From: an uncultured Alphaproteobacteria bacterium
GTDB taxonomy: Bacteria > Pseudomonadota > Alphaproteobacteria > Puniceispirillales > Puniceispirillaceae
Direction of reading: 5' to 3'
Length of the DNA stretch: 64,000 nucleotides
Assembly (NCBI GenBank): GCA_964000485.1
Contig: CAXEYO010000002.1
Span: 11,999-75,998, forward strand
Shown piece by piece: positions 8,301 through 17,745 of this stretch. Position numbers and translations under genes: made by a program. The notes below the pieces were generated by a model. The model saw only the letters and a program-made list of their open reading frames with translations, was not told where the DNA came from and did not search any database. The first letter of the stretch is position 1, and every line of letters starts with the position of its first letter.

Positions 8301-8605
8301 GCGAGGATTTCATCACAAATTTCAGCTGTCTGGATACAGTCTTCGAAAAAGGCTAATGTCTGAGCGCGGCCATAGTTTTGGAACAATCGCATTGCTGCGT
8401 AGTGGCCTGCTGCCATGGCCACTGCGTCAGGCATCTTTCGATCACGAGCTTTATCTTCCAGCATATTGTCAATTTCCAAGGTCAGCTTTTCGAAGGCCTG
8501 TGCCTTCATAAATTTATCAGCTGTTCGTGGCCTAGTTTTGCGATTAAATTTTTGCGCTGCTGCACGATGTTCCTTGTAAAGGTCAAGATCAATGATATTA
8601 ACCAT
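8276..8605 (-). CDS. Hypothetical protein
   Basis: 109-aa ORF with protein-like composition and GAGGAAG upstream. Confidence 0.65.
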   Translation of the reverse strand: MVNIIDLDLYKEHRAAAQKFNRKTRPRTADKFMKAQAFEKLTLEIDNMLEDKARDRKMPDAVAMAAGHYAAMRLFQNYGRAQTLAFFEDCIQTAEICDEILAQLDDELV

Positions 8606-8621
8606 GTGTTCACGCTTCCTC

Positions 8622-9071
8622 TTAAGCAGGCTTCTGAGGGCATCGCAGCATCCGGCCTTTTACGAAATTCAGCCGGCCGGCATCGTCAACACGCACAGTT
8701 TGATCCTGATAGATATCAAGCGGAACAATCACACTGGCGGCTAGCTGATGTGCTTGATTACGCATAAGGATCAGGGCTTCATCATAGCTGCCATAATGAT
8801 GCACTTCAACAATGCCGAGGGTTCGGCATCCGGCTAGATACGCATCAGATACGTTTGAAAAACTGATCGTCTCAGAACCAGGAAGAGCTTGTGGTTTGTT
8901 GGCCTCAAGCTTAGCTTGACGCTGCTCTTCTTTAAACTGATGCAATTCGGCCCAGTCCGCAGCACTAACCACTAGCAGGGATTCATCACGCCCATCTACA
9001 AAAAACTGGCAGGAGGACAGCCAGATTAAAGCTGAAAATAGACTTACAAGCATGCTAAATCCGCGAAGCAT
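8622..9071 (-). CDS. Putative lipoprotein (DUF4156-like)
   Basis: Lipobox LSSC; C..LG.V...MRNQA..L.A..IV...G..LRC pattern. Confidence 0.6.
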   Translation of the reverse strand: MLRGFSMLVSLFSALIWLSSCQFFVDGRDESLLVVSAADWAELHQFKEEQRQAKLEANKPQALPGSETISFSNVSDAYLAGCRTLGIVEVHHYGSYDEALILMRNQAHQLAASVIVPLDIYQDQTVRVDDAGRLNFVKGRMLRCPQKPA

Positions 9072-9322
9072 TTCCTCTCTCCTGTTCTGAGCTAATTTAC
9101 TGGTATCAGTGCGGTAACTTAAGGTTGATCATCACAGCATCGATTATCATCTCCTCAAAGTGTATAAACGGCTATCAATGATATTTATTTAATTTAGATT
9201 AATGGGATAGGCAAAGATCACTTTTGTGGTCACAGGCTCTATACATCATCTATTTTATGGCGTTACACTTAGTTAAGTTTGCAGCGGTCTCATCATTAAG
9301 GTGTGGCAGTGCTGAAAAAAGA

Positions 9323-9736
9323 ATGGGTTCAGCTGTGTTATTGCAAGTGAAAACAAATCTATCATTTTATAAAGCAATTTTATCAATAGGTATGGCCGTT
9401 CTCGTCGCTGCTATCGTAATGATGGGGCCTGCTTTCAGCGAGGGGCGTATTTATGAGGGGTCTGAAGAGAAAGCGCATTGCTCACTGTGGGATAATCTGC
9501 GTCTGAAATGGCCACAGACAATCTTGGGCCGCGAAAAGGCAAAATGCCGACGTAAGGCCAAACCGCCCACACAAGTCAAAAATATATGTCGCCTGCGCCG
9601 CCAATATATTGACCCTGAAACAGGTTCGCGCATGTGTGTTTATATGCGTCAGGGCCGCGACCTTGAAGACACATCTGTCAGCTTGTCACCCTCTTTGCAA
9701 TGCCAGCGCACTTATACTTGCCGAAGTGATGACTGA
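9323..9736 (+). CDS. Secreted cysteine-rich hypothetical protein; start uncertain
   Basis: Hydrophobic signal ending PAFS followed by a basic domain with six Cys. Confidence 0.55.
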   Translation: MGSAVLLQVKTNLSFYKAILSIGMAVLVAAIVMMGPAFSEGRIYEGSEEKAHCSLWDNLRLKWPQTILGREKAKCRRKAKPPTQVKNICRLRRQYIDPETGSRMCVYMRQGRDLEDTSVSLSPSLQCQRTYTCRSDD

Positions 9737-9769
9737 CCTGGTGACAAGTTGCCGCCATCTGGCTCTGCT

Positions 9770-10054
9770 CTACAGATAATTTGCCTTATATCGCAGTACT
9801 ACATTGAATGAAAATGACAGTCGCGGGACATCCAACAAGTTTGGATGCAAAAGATGATTTAGAAAAGCAGGCCATAGGAAGAGTTCACCAGCGTCTGGTA
9901 GCCGCCTGAATTCAGGATCAAACTGACAATCACCGCGTACAGCGCCCATGTTGGCCTGTTCATGGCTAGGCAGGGTGACGGTCATAAACAAAGTTGGCCA
10001 TAATCGGCGGAACGTGAGGCTGTTTGGGGTTGCCTGTTGGGAGGTGTCAGCCAT
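9770..10054 (-). pseudogene. Internally deleted 2OG-Fe(II) oxygenase-like gene (TIGR02466-like)
   Basis: N-terminal LWPTLF motif joined in frame to C-terminal P.AGELFLWPAFL.H..HPN....R.S.SFN; only 94 aa, central His-containing strands absent. Confidence 0.6.
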
Positions 10055-10211
10055 GGTCTATCTCTCTTAAATGCCAGTAATGGAAGAAACAACAAAGTGA
10101 TCTATAAATATTATTACCAGCATATAAATTGTATAGTATAATGTTCGATCGTTGATATTCATGAAACAGTAGCATGATAATTAGTGACGTTGAAAATTTA
10201 AGGAGGCAAAA

Positions 10212-11354
10212 ATGGCACTTTTCGATCAGGTAGATAAGAATGGCCTACTTGAATATTCAGTTGTTTTTAATGACCGTTCGCTCAATTCCATGTCGAAATC
10301 TTTTCAGGGTGTCATGCAGGATCTCTCTGTGGGGCTGAAGTCAGCTTATAACGCAGAAGCTTCGATACTAGTTCCAGGTGGCGGTACGTTTGGTATGGAA
10401 GCGATCGCACGCCAGTTCGGCACAGATGCCAAATGTCTTGTCATACGCAATGGATGGTTTTCGTTCCGCTGGTCTGAAATTTTTGAAAAAGGCCGGATCG
10501 CCTCTGATACCAAGGTTTTGTATGCTGGGCAGCAACAGGCAGAGGGCGGTGCAAACACGCGCCAGCCCTTTGCGCCTTCTCCCTTGGCAAATATTCAGCA
10601 GCAGATTGCCGACTACGCACCCGATTTGGTCTGTGCTCCGCACGTTGAAACCTCTGCAGGGATGGTACTGCCTGATGACTATATTGCCGGCATTGCCATG
10701 GCTGCTCATCAGGCTGGAGCTATTTTTGTGCTGGACTGTGTAGCTTCCGGCGCGCTGTATATAGATATGGCAGGCCTTGGCGTTGATGTGCTTCTGACGG
10801 CGCCCCAGAAAGGCTGGACAGCTAGCCCTTGTGCTGGAGTGATTATGCTGGGGGCAGGTGGTCTTGACCGTATTGAAAAGACCACCAGCACTTCATATGC
10901 TGCAGATTTGAAAAGATGGCTGTCGATCATGCAGGCTTACGAAAAAGGGGGGCATGCATATCATGCTACCATGCCAACCGACGGGCTGCGGCTGTTTCGT
11001 GATGCGGTTCATGAAACAAGGGATATTGGCTTTGACTTGGTCAAACAGGCGCAGATTGATTTGGGGATCAGAATGCGCGCTCTGACTGAATCTTATGGCT
11101 TTGTTTCTGTTGCAGCAGAAGGCTTTAAAGCCCCGTCTGTGATTGTGAATTTCACAGATGATCCGGATATGAAATCAGGTAAGAAGTTTATTGAAGCTGG
11201 CTTGCAAATTGCGGCAGGTGTGCCGTTGGAAATTGGCGAGTCCGCTGATTACATGTCATTCCGTATTGGATTATTTGGATTGGATAAGTTGATGAATATT
11301 GGCCGAACGGTTGACAGCTTTGATACGGCCCTGAAACAGATCACAGCCAAATAG
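10212..11354 (+). CDS. Class V PLP aminotransferase (alanine-glyoxylate/serine-pyruvate type)
   Basis: PGGGTFGMEA, HVETSAG, DCVAS, TAPQKGW with the PLP lysine; AGGAGG RBS. Confidence 0.9.
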   Translation: MALFDQVDKNGLLEYSVVFNDRSLNSMSKSFQGVMQDLSVGLKSAYNAEASILVPGGGTFGMEAIARQFGTDAKCLVIRNGWFSFRWSEIFEKGRIASDTKVLYAGQQQAEGGANTRQPFAPSPLANIQQQIADYAPDLVCAPHVETSAGMVLPDDYIAGIAMAAHQAGAIFVLDCVASGALYIDMAGLGVDVLLTAPQKGWTASPCAGVIMLGAGGLDRIEKTTSTSYAADLKRWLSIMQAYEKGGHAYHATMPTDGLRLFRDAVHETRDIGFDLVKQAQIDLGIRMRALTESYGFVSVAAEGFKAPSVIVNFTDDPDMKSGKKFIEAGLQIAAGVPLEIGESADYMSFRIGLFGLDKLMNIGRTVDSFDTALKQITAK

Positions 11355-11375
11355 CCATAGCCATCATCACCTTAA

Positions 11376-11564
11376 TTAGTCTGAGCGTTCAGCCATGCTT
11401 TTGGTGGCGCAGAGAGGGCAGGTCCAAGTGCGACGGGTGGGATTATCCTCCTCACGCATGGTGGGGACAGTCCAGTAATAGCCACATTGCCCACAGCTCA
11501 TATGCCAGATAATTTCTTTTGATACGCTGATTACAGGTGGAGTAACTGGCGGTTTATCTGTCAT
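11376..11564 (-). CDS. Small zinc-ribbon protein
   Basis: CGQC and CPLC pairs; 4-nt overlap with the hisI stop. Confidence 0.7.
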   Translation of the reverse strand: MTDKPPVTPPVISVSKEIIWHMSCGQCGYYWTVPTMREEDNPTRRTWTCPLCATKSMAERSD

Positions 11565-11959
11565 TGGGATATGCTCTCGTCTGTCTTTGTGGGGTAGGCG
11601 GTTTTTGCCTCACTGATACTGCCATCTTTCTCAAGCCTTCGTGAAAAACAGCTTCGCGTGCCTTCATGACAGGCGGTTCCGGATTGGTCCACCAGCACTA
11701 ATATCGTATCCGCATCACAATCATAGCGTAGCTCAATCAGCTTCTGGATATGGCCGGATGTATCGCCTTTGCGCCAGAATGTACCCCGCGAACGTGACCA
11801 GTAACAGACTCGTCCTGTGGCTATCGTTTCAGTCAGGCTGTCCTTGTTCATCCAAGCCATCATCAAAATTTCACCCGTGTCAAATTGCTGGGCGATGGCG
11901 GGGATTAGCCCTTCTTGTGTGAACTGCAATGTTTCAAGCAATGGAATGGTGTTATTCAT
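11561..11959 (-). CDS. hisI: Phosphoribosyl-AMP cyclohydrolase
   Basis: YWSRSR..W.KG.TSGH, DCDAD, ACHEG..SCF. Confidence 0.97.
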   Translation of the reverse strand: MNNTIPLLETLQFTQEGLIPAIAQQFDTGEILMMAWMNKDSLTETIATGRVCYWSRSRGTFWRKGDTSGHIQKLIELRYDCDADTILVLVDQSGTACHEGTRSCFSRRLEKDGSISEAKTAYPTKTDESISQ

Positions 11960-12235
11960 GTGAGGACCTCTGTTTCTATATTAGCGTTAGCTTGCCATCC
12001 TCTTGGTTTGACTTTTGATAACAGGTAGCTAAGAGAGGGTAAAATTGTTTCAATAGTTTATTTGCGCGCTTCGGCTTTTCAAGACAATCCTGATGGGTCT
12101 GATGCGAATAAAAGTGGCACATAAATATAGCGGAAAGCATGGTTCAGTGAAATGTACTATTCAACGTATGCTTTTAAAAATGAGTTCTGATAGTACACCT
12201 TCGTTAAACTAAAATAGAGCAAGTGTACATATTTT

Positions 12236-14362
12236 CTAAGATAAAAAATGTTGCCACGCTTCCAAAACGCCCTTTGGTGAAAGATGATAGTCATCAATAT
12301 GCCAAACAGAATTGGACCAACCATCACCGCGATTAGTCATTTTATGGACATCCAAAAATTTCAATCTCCTTTTATCTAGAGTCATTTTGAGATGGTCATT
12401 AAACTCAGTCGTTAGCTTAATCAGTGTTTCTATTTCAACGTTATTATAGTTTATGCTTTGCAAATTGGGGCATGGCACCCCTTGGAATATTAAATCGTGG
12501 TTATATTCAGAATTTAATCTGAGTACGTACTGTAAATAGTTCTCTATTGTTGTCGCGGCTATTTCTCGTATATCTCTATTTTTGTTTTTTTTCAGATGTT
12601 TCAGGATGCCATCATTTAATCTGCAATCTATTTCTCCTATTGTTAACAACACTGTACTTTTTTGCGGTAAAGACGAGAAAATCATCTCGAACTTTTTTTT
12701 ATATTCATTCTCAAAAGAGTTTCCTAAGTCCCATTGTTTTACTCCTTTTATCAAGAGGGCTTTGCACAAATACCTTGAGCCTGAAAGTTTAAATGTTAAA
12801 GCGTGATTTGCTAGGCTGTGGCTCTCACCTATAACGAAAATGTTGTCATTCGTATTGTCGTCGTTAACTTGTGTATTATTGCATTCGTGCCAATTAATTA
12901 GCCTAGATAAATAATCTTGATAAATCTGCTCACTTTTAAAACGAGGTGACGTTTTATTAAGTATTCCAGAGGATTTACAAATCAATTCTTTGCTTTCGCT
13001 GAAATTACTCTCTGTGTATCGGTGGATTGCTAAATTGATTGTTGCTCTTAACCCATTATCATTGGGGTCGATTTGCCTGACTTGATTTAGAATTTTTATC
13101 TCGTCTTTTTTGGAATTTTTATAATCTAGGGTAATAGCTAGATTCCAAAGACTTTCAGCATAATTTGAATTTAGCAATAATGCTTTTTTGAAACTTGTTT
13201 CTGCTTTCTCTAATTTTCCCTGCTTATGAGAGGTTATCCCCAAATTGTTGTAAGCTTTGCTATTGTTTGGATCGAGGGATATGGCCTTTTGGTAGTTTTT
13301 TTCTGCTTCGCCGAGCATGCCAAGTTCGTAAAAAACTACACCTAAATTAAAATGGACATCTGAAGATTTAGGGTCTAACTTGCTTGCATGCAAAAGCGTA
13401 TCTTTTGCCTCATCTAATCTGGATAAATCCTTCAATGTGGCCCCAAGGTTGCTGTAGGGCGCAGCGTATTCTGGTTGAATTTTTACAGCAGTTTTAAAAT
13501 TTTCTTCTGCTTCTTTGAGTCTACCTGTTTTGCGGAATAAGCTTCCTAAATTGTTATAAGCCTCAGCAAATTTTGGATTTAAGGCTATAGCCTTTTTGTA
13601 GCTTTTTTCAGCCTTATCTAGTCTCAAAGTGGTTTTGAATATCATTCCTAAATTGTTATAAACATTTGCGTCTTGATCATAAATGGATATCGCTTTTCTA
13701 TAGCTTTTCTCAGCGTCATTTAGCCTCCCCAATTTGTGTAGAGTAAGGCCTAAATAAAAATGTGCTTGGTGGTCTAAGGGTGAGAGAGCAACAACCTTTG
13801 TGTTGACTTTCACTGCTTCAGAGTTCTTTCCCATTTCAAATAATGTTGAGCCAAGAATTTTCCAAGAAAAAACATTACATGGAAATTTGATTACTAATGC
13901 TCTTGAGAGTTTTTCTGCGTCTTCAAATCTTTTTGCTTGAAAATATTTTAATAATTGTTCTGTGAACTTCGGTGGTGGTTCCAATATTTGGGTATTTTTT
14001 GTGAGTTGCATGGAAATGTTTTTTGATTTTGGATGAAGATCTTCCTTGCTTAAACCATGTTTTTCTGCGGCTTCTAAAGCTGCCTCTAATTTTTCCGTTG
14101 CATTGAGATTTTTGAGAATGATTATGTAATTGAGCCAAAATTGTCTGGATTTTGGATTAGCGTCGAGCGCCATTTTGAAAAAGTGCAAAGCCTCTTTCAG
14201 TTTATTATCTGAACTTGCTAATAACCCCATATTATGGTTTGCATCGGGGTTCATTGGCTGAGTTTCTAAAAGAGTAAGGTATATATTCTTGGCCTCTTGA
14301 GCGTTTCCATCTTCATGCGCTGTGGTGGCCTTTGATAACATTTGCTGTATTGTGGAACTCAT
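12236..14362 (-). CDS. TPR-repeat protein with an SGNH-like C-terminal domain, AT-rich
   Basis: Multiple 34-aa repeats (AYNNLG...EA....KA..L.P); C-terminal IGESH, GEIDCR, DDYH. Confidence 0.85.
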   Translation of the reverse strand: MSSTIQQMLSKATTAHEDGNAQEAKNIYLTLLETQPMNPDANHNMGLLASSDNKLKEALHFFKMALDANPKSRQFWLNYIIILKNLNATEKLEAALEAAEKHGLSKEDLHPKSKNISMQLTKNTQILEPPPKFTEQLLKYFQAKRFEDAEKLSRALVIKFPCNVFSWKILGSTLFEMGKNSEAVKVNTKVVALSPLDHQAHFYLGLTLHKLGRLNDAEKSYRKAISIYDQDANVYNNLGMIFKTTLRLDKAEKSYKKAIALNPKFAEAYNNLGSLFRKTGRLKEAEENFKTAVKIQPEYAAPYSNLGATLKDLSRLDEAKDTLLHASKLDPKSSDVHFNLGVVFYELGMLGEAEKNYQKAISLDPNNSKAYNNLGITSHKQGKLEKAETSFKKALLLNSNYAESLWNLAITLDYKNSKKDEIKILNQVRQIDPNDNGLRATINLAIHRYTESNFSESKELICKSSGILNKTSPRFKSEQIYQDYLSRLINWHECNNTQVNDDNTNDNIFVIGESHSLANHALTFKLSGSRYLCKALLIKGVKQWDLGNSFENEYKKKFEMIFSSLPQKSTVLLTIGEIDCRLNDGILKHLKKNKNRDIREIAATTIENYLQYVLRLNSEYNHDLIFQGVPCPNLQSINYNNVEIETLIKLTTEFNDHLKMTLDKRRLKFLDVHKMTNRGDGWSNSVWHIDDYHLSPKGVLEAWQHFLS

Positions 14363-14756
14363 GGAAATACCATCTAGATTAGAAATGCATGATAACTTTG
14401 GCTTTTGATTTTAGTTGTTCAATATCGATGTCTTCGGTTGCTTTGACAGACTGGCATGGGTGAGTTCAATTCTATTTAAAAATTAATCAATACGAATTTA
14501 ACAGGTTGGTTCTCATCCCATGTGACAATTTGTTGATTCTGTTTGGGAGGAGTTATATGCCAATCTAATCATCCGCAGGTCTATATTTTTATGAACTACA
14601 AAAAAATTTCTGAATTACTGAAGCCTGTATTTGTCAACAGGCTCCAAGTTTGACAAAAATCTCTAGCAAAATTTTAAGGCAGATTTTATTCTTCCTAGAT
14701 TATAAAGCATTTTGACTTGAGATATTTGTGTGGTCGCTTTAAAGGATGCAAAATTT

Positions 14757-15668
14757 ATGCCGCTGGCGATGCGTAAAAAGGTTTTTATAACAGCTGCGCT
14801 GACTGGTTCAGGAAACACACAGTGTAAAAGCTCAAATGTTCCGCGTAGCCCTCAGCAGATTGCAGAGGCGGCGATTGCAGCAGCAAAGGCAGGAGCGGCT
14901 ATTGTGCACTGCCATGTGCGCGATCCGAAAACCGGCGAGCCAGCCCGTGGATTGACCCTTTATCGGGAGGTTACAGAGCTCATCCGCGCAGCTGATGTGG
15001 ATCTTGTGCTGAACCTGACCGCTGGGATGGGTGGGGATCTGGTCACTGGCCCGCCTGATGCGCCGTTGCCGCTGAAAAAGGCGGAAACAGATATGGCTTC
15101 AGCAATAGACAGGGTGGCCCATATCGCGGCCTGCCGGCCAGAAATTTGCACTCTTGATTGCGGTACCATGAACTTTGCCGAAGCAGATTATGTAATGACC
15201 AATACGCCGGGTATGTTGCGCGAAATGGCGGGGTTGATGCGTGATATCGGCGTTCGGCCTGAAATTGAAGCGTTTGATACTGGTCATCTGTGGCTTGCTA
15301 AACAATTGGCATTAGAGGGGCTTATTGGTGATCCGGTTATGGTTCAGTTGTGTATGGGCATTCCCTGGGGTGCACCAGATGACCTAAACACATTTATGGC
15401 GATGGTCAATAATGTGCCGGACAGCTGGGTATTTTCTGCCTTTTCTATTGGACGTCACCAGATGCCTTATGTGGCGGCAGCGGTTCTGTCAGGTGGTAAC
15501 GTCCGGGTAGGACTGGAAGATAATCTGTATCTAGAGCGCGGCGTTCTGGCAACAAATGATCAGCTTGTCGCTAAGGCTGCCAGAATCATTGACTCCATGG
15601 GAGTGGGTTTGATGACCCCTGGAGAGGTTCGGGCCGAATTACAACTTGAAAAGCGTATGCCTGCATGA
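14757..15668 (+). CDS. Beta-keto acid cleavage enzyme (BKACE/DUF849), probably 3-dehydrocarnitine cleavage
   Basis: ITAALTG, HCHVRD, LDCGTMNF, VRVGLEDN; coupled to carnitine dehydrogenase. Confidence 0.9.
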   Translation: MPLAMRKKVFITAALTGSGNTQCKSSNVPRSPQQIAEAAIAAAKAGAAIVHCHVRDPKTGEPARGLTLYREVTELIRAADVDLVLNLTAGMGGDLVTGPPDAPLPLKKAETDMASAIDRVAHIAACRPEICTLDCGTMNFAEADYVMTNTPGMLREMAGLMRDIGVRPEIEAFDTGHLWLAKQLALEGLIGDPVMVQLCMGIPWGAPDDLNTFMAMVNNVPDSWVFSAFSIGRHQMPYVAAAVLSGGNVRVGLEDNLYLERGVLATNDQLVAKAARIIDSMGVGLMTPGEVRAELQLEKRMPA

Positions 15669-17143
15669 CCAACAGAAAAGAACAGATAACAGACAGAACA
15701 CGGATAGCTGCTATCATTGGAGGCGGTGTTATTGGTGGTGGCTGGGCTGCCCGTTTCCTTCTCAATGGATGGAAAGTGCAAATATTTGACTCTGACTCGG
15801 ATGCCGCCCCTAAAATTGTAGATGTTCTCGAAAATGCCCGAGCCAGCCTTCCCCTCCTGGCCGATACGGCCTTACCAGAAGAGGGCCAGCTTTTCTTTTG
15901 TGAAACACTGGAACAGGCGGCTTCAGGTGCCCACTGGATACAGGAATCAGTTCCTGAAAGGCTGCTAGTAAAAAAAAGGGTCTTTGCTGCGCTTCAGAAT
16001 GCTGCAGACCATAATGCCATTATTGCCTCATCTACATCTGGCTTTACTCCAACCCAACTGCGCGAGGGGGCCGCCAATCCGGATCAGATCATTGTTGCTC
16101 ATCCCTATAACCCCGTATATCTGCTGCCCGTGGTTGAGCTCGTCGGCGGAGCATATAACTCTTACATTCAAAGGGCAGCAACCTTGCTGCCTGCACTTGG
16201 AATGAAGCCAGTTATTATTAGAGCTGAAATTGATGCCCATATCGGCGATCGCCTGCTGGAAGCAGTCTGGCGCGAAGCGTTATGGTTGGTAAGGGACGGC
16301 ATCGCGACCATACAAGATATTGACCAGATTATCACTCACGGTTTTGGTTTGCGCTGGGCTCAGATGGGACTGTTTGAAACCTATCGTATGGCAGGGGGTG
16401 AAGCTGGGATGCGTCATTTTTTGGCGCAGTTTGGCCCTGCCCTGGCCTGGCCCTGGACAAAGCTCATGGATGTGCCTGATCTGGATGACGCACTGATAGA
16501 CAAAATAGTCAGCCAGTCAGATGAGCAGTCTGGTCATCTGTCTATCCAACAGCTGGAACGGATCCGTGATCGTAATCTAGTTGGGTTTCTGCAGGTGCTA
16601 AAAAACCATCACTGGGCTGCCGGACAGGCCTTAAAGGACTGGGATAATCAACGCCCTTACAAGGCAGGTAATGTCGCCTCTCAAGCACCCTTTTGTAAGC
16701 ATATAGCCAGGGTACTGCCTTCCTGGATTGACTATAACGGACATATGACAGAATTCCGTTACCTGCAGGTTATGAGTGAGGCGTCTGATATATTGCTAGC
16801 AACGGTGGGGCTGGATGAGGCCTATGTCGAGACTGGCTATAGCGTTTACACGGTTGAGACCCATATCCGGCATCTGGCTGAAGCCACACTGGGTGAGCAG
16901 ATTGCCGTTTCAACGCAAATTATAAGCGCAGATGAAAAACGTGTCCACCTTTGGCATGCCTGTGTTACGGATAAGGGTAAGGAAGTCGCGACAGGTGAGC
17001 AGATGTGGCTCCATGTCGATATGAAGGCAGGCTGCACAACTCCCTTTAAACCACCGCTGAAAGAAAATATTGCCTCCCTTGCTGCCGCCCATGCCCATCT
17101 GCCTCTGCCGGTTGGGGCTGGCCGTTCTATTGGGGGAAGGTAG
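15665..17143 (+). CDS. lcdH: L-carnitine 3-dehydrogenase fused to a thioesterase domain
   Basis: GGGVIGGGW Rossmann motif, QESVPE, HPYNPVYLLP, GLRWAQMG; C-terminal WIDYNGHM hot-dog thioesterase. Confidence 0.88.
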   Translation: MTNRKEQITDRTRIAAIIGGGVIGGGWAARFLLNGWKVQIFDSDSDAAPKIVDVLENARASLPLLADTALPEEGQLFFCETLEQAASGAHWIQESVPERLLVKKRVFAALQNAADHNAIIASSTSGFTPTQLREGAANPDQIIVAHPYNPVYLLPVVELVGGAYNSYIQRAATLLPALGMKPVIIRAEIDAHIGDRLLEAVWREALWLVRDGIATIQDIDQIITHGFGLRWAQMGLFETYRMAGGEAGMRHFLAQFGPALAWPWTKLMDVPDLDDALIDKIVSQSDEQSGHLSIQQLERIRDRNLVGFLQVLKNHHWAAGQALKDWDNQRPYKAGNVASQAPFCKHIARVLPSWIDYNGHMTEFRYLQVMSEASDILLATVGLDEAYVETGYSVYTVETHIRHLAEATLGEQIAVSTQIISADEKRVHLWHACVTDKGKEVATGEQMWLHVDMKAGCTTPFKPPLKENIASLAAAHAHLPLPVGAGRSIGGR

Positions 17144-17151
17144 AGGGGAAT

Positions 17152-17745
17152 CTACCAATGCCTCTGTGCAGCAAACTGGCAGATGATCGCTGGCGGGCGA
17201 TCAGGATATATATCCCGTCGCTGGCCGAAAAACTGATGTCTCAACGTAAATTTTTCGGGAAGGGCAGAGGCCAGCTCTCCCTCACACAACAGAAAATCAG
17301 GGTTTGACGGCCGGCTAAAGATTTCATTGCCCTTGCCGAAGGTCTCATAGAGCAGCAGTCCGCCTGTACGTACTAGAGCGAAGATCTGTCCCAGCACCGG
17401 GCGGTGTAGATAGTTTGTGACTAGCACAAGGTCAAATAGCCTATCATCCAACGCTTCTTCAAGCACGAGACCTTTTCGTTCCAGATCAAGACAGACAGCC
17501 GTTATTTCTTTGCACCCTTCAAGGCCGGCGGTCAGCTTTTCCAAAATCTGGCGGTTTGAATCCACGGCGGTTATCTTGAAGCTTGCTTCATACCCTCTTT
17601 TGCAAACGGCGGTAATATGCCTGCCTTTCCCACAAGCCAGATCAACCAGCTCAACAGGTTCTTTGGACACATTCTCTTGCCGAGCCGCCAACCAGCTGTC
17701 AATTTGTTCTAGAATAAAGGGTGAGGGAGGGGTGGGATCAGTCAT
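17152..17745 (-). CDS. Class I SAM-dependent methyltransferase
   Basis: VDLACGKGRH motif I, VTNYLHRP, YETF...PSNPDFLL. Confidence 0.85.
   Translation of the reverse strand: MTDPTPPSPFILEQIDSWLAARQENVSKEPVELVDLACGKGRHITAVCKRGYEASFKITAVDSNRQILEKLTAGLEGCKEITAVCLDLERKGLVLEEALDDRLFDLVLVTNYLHRPVLGQIFALVRTGGLLLYETFGKGNEIFSRPSNPDFLLCEGELASALPEKFTLRHQFFGQRRDIYPDRPPAIICQFAAQRHW

Noticed and set aside
11985-12040. Alternative pairings upstream of hisI as a histidine attenuator
   Set aside because: No His-rich leader peptide and the stems are weak
12113-12130. TGGCAC half-sites at about 12114, 18608 and 39567 as sigma-54 promoters
   Set aside because: No GC at the required -12 spacing
13100-13900. Roughly 102-bp periodicity that could suggest a repeat array or CRISPR
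   Set aside because: It reflects degenerate in-frame TPR coding repeats, with no identical repeats or spacers
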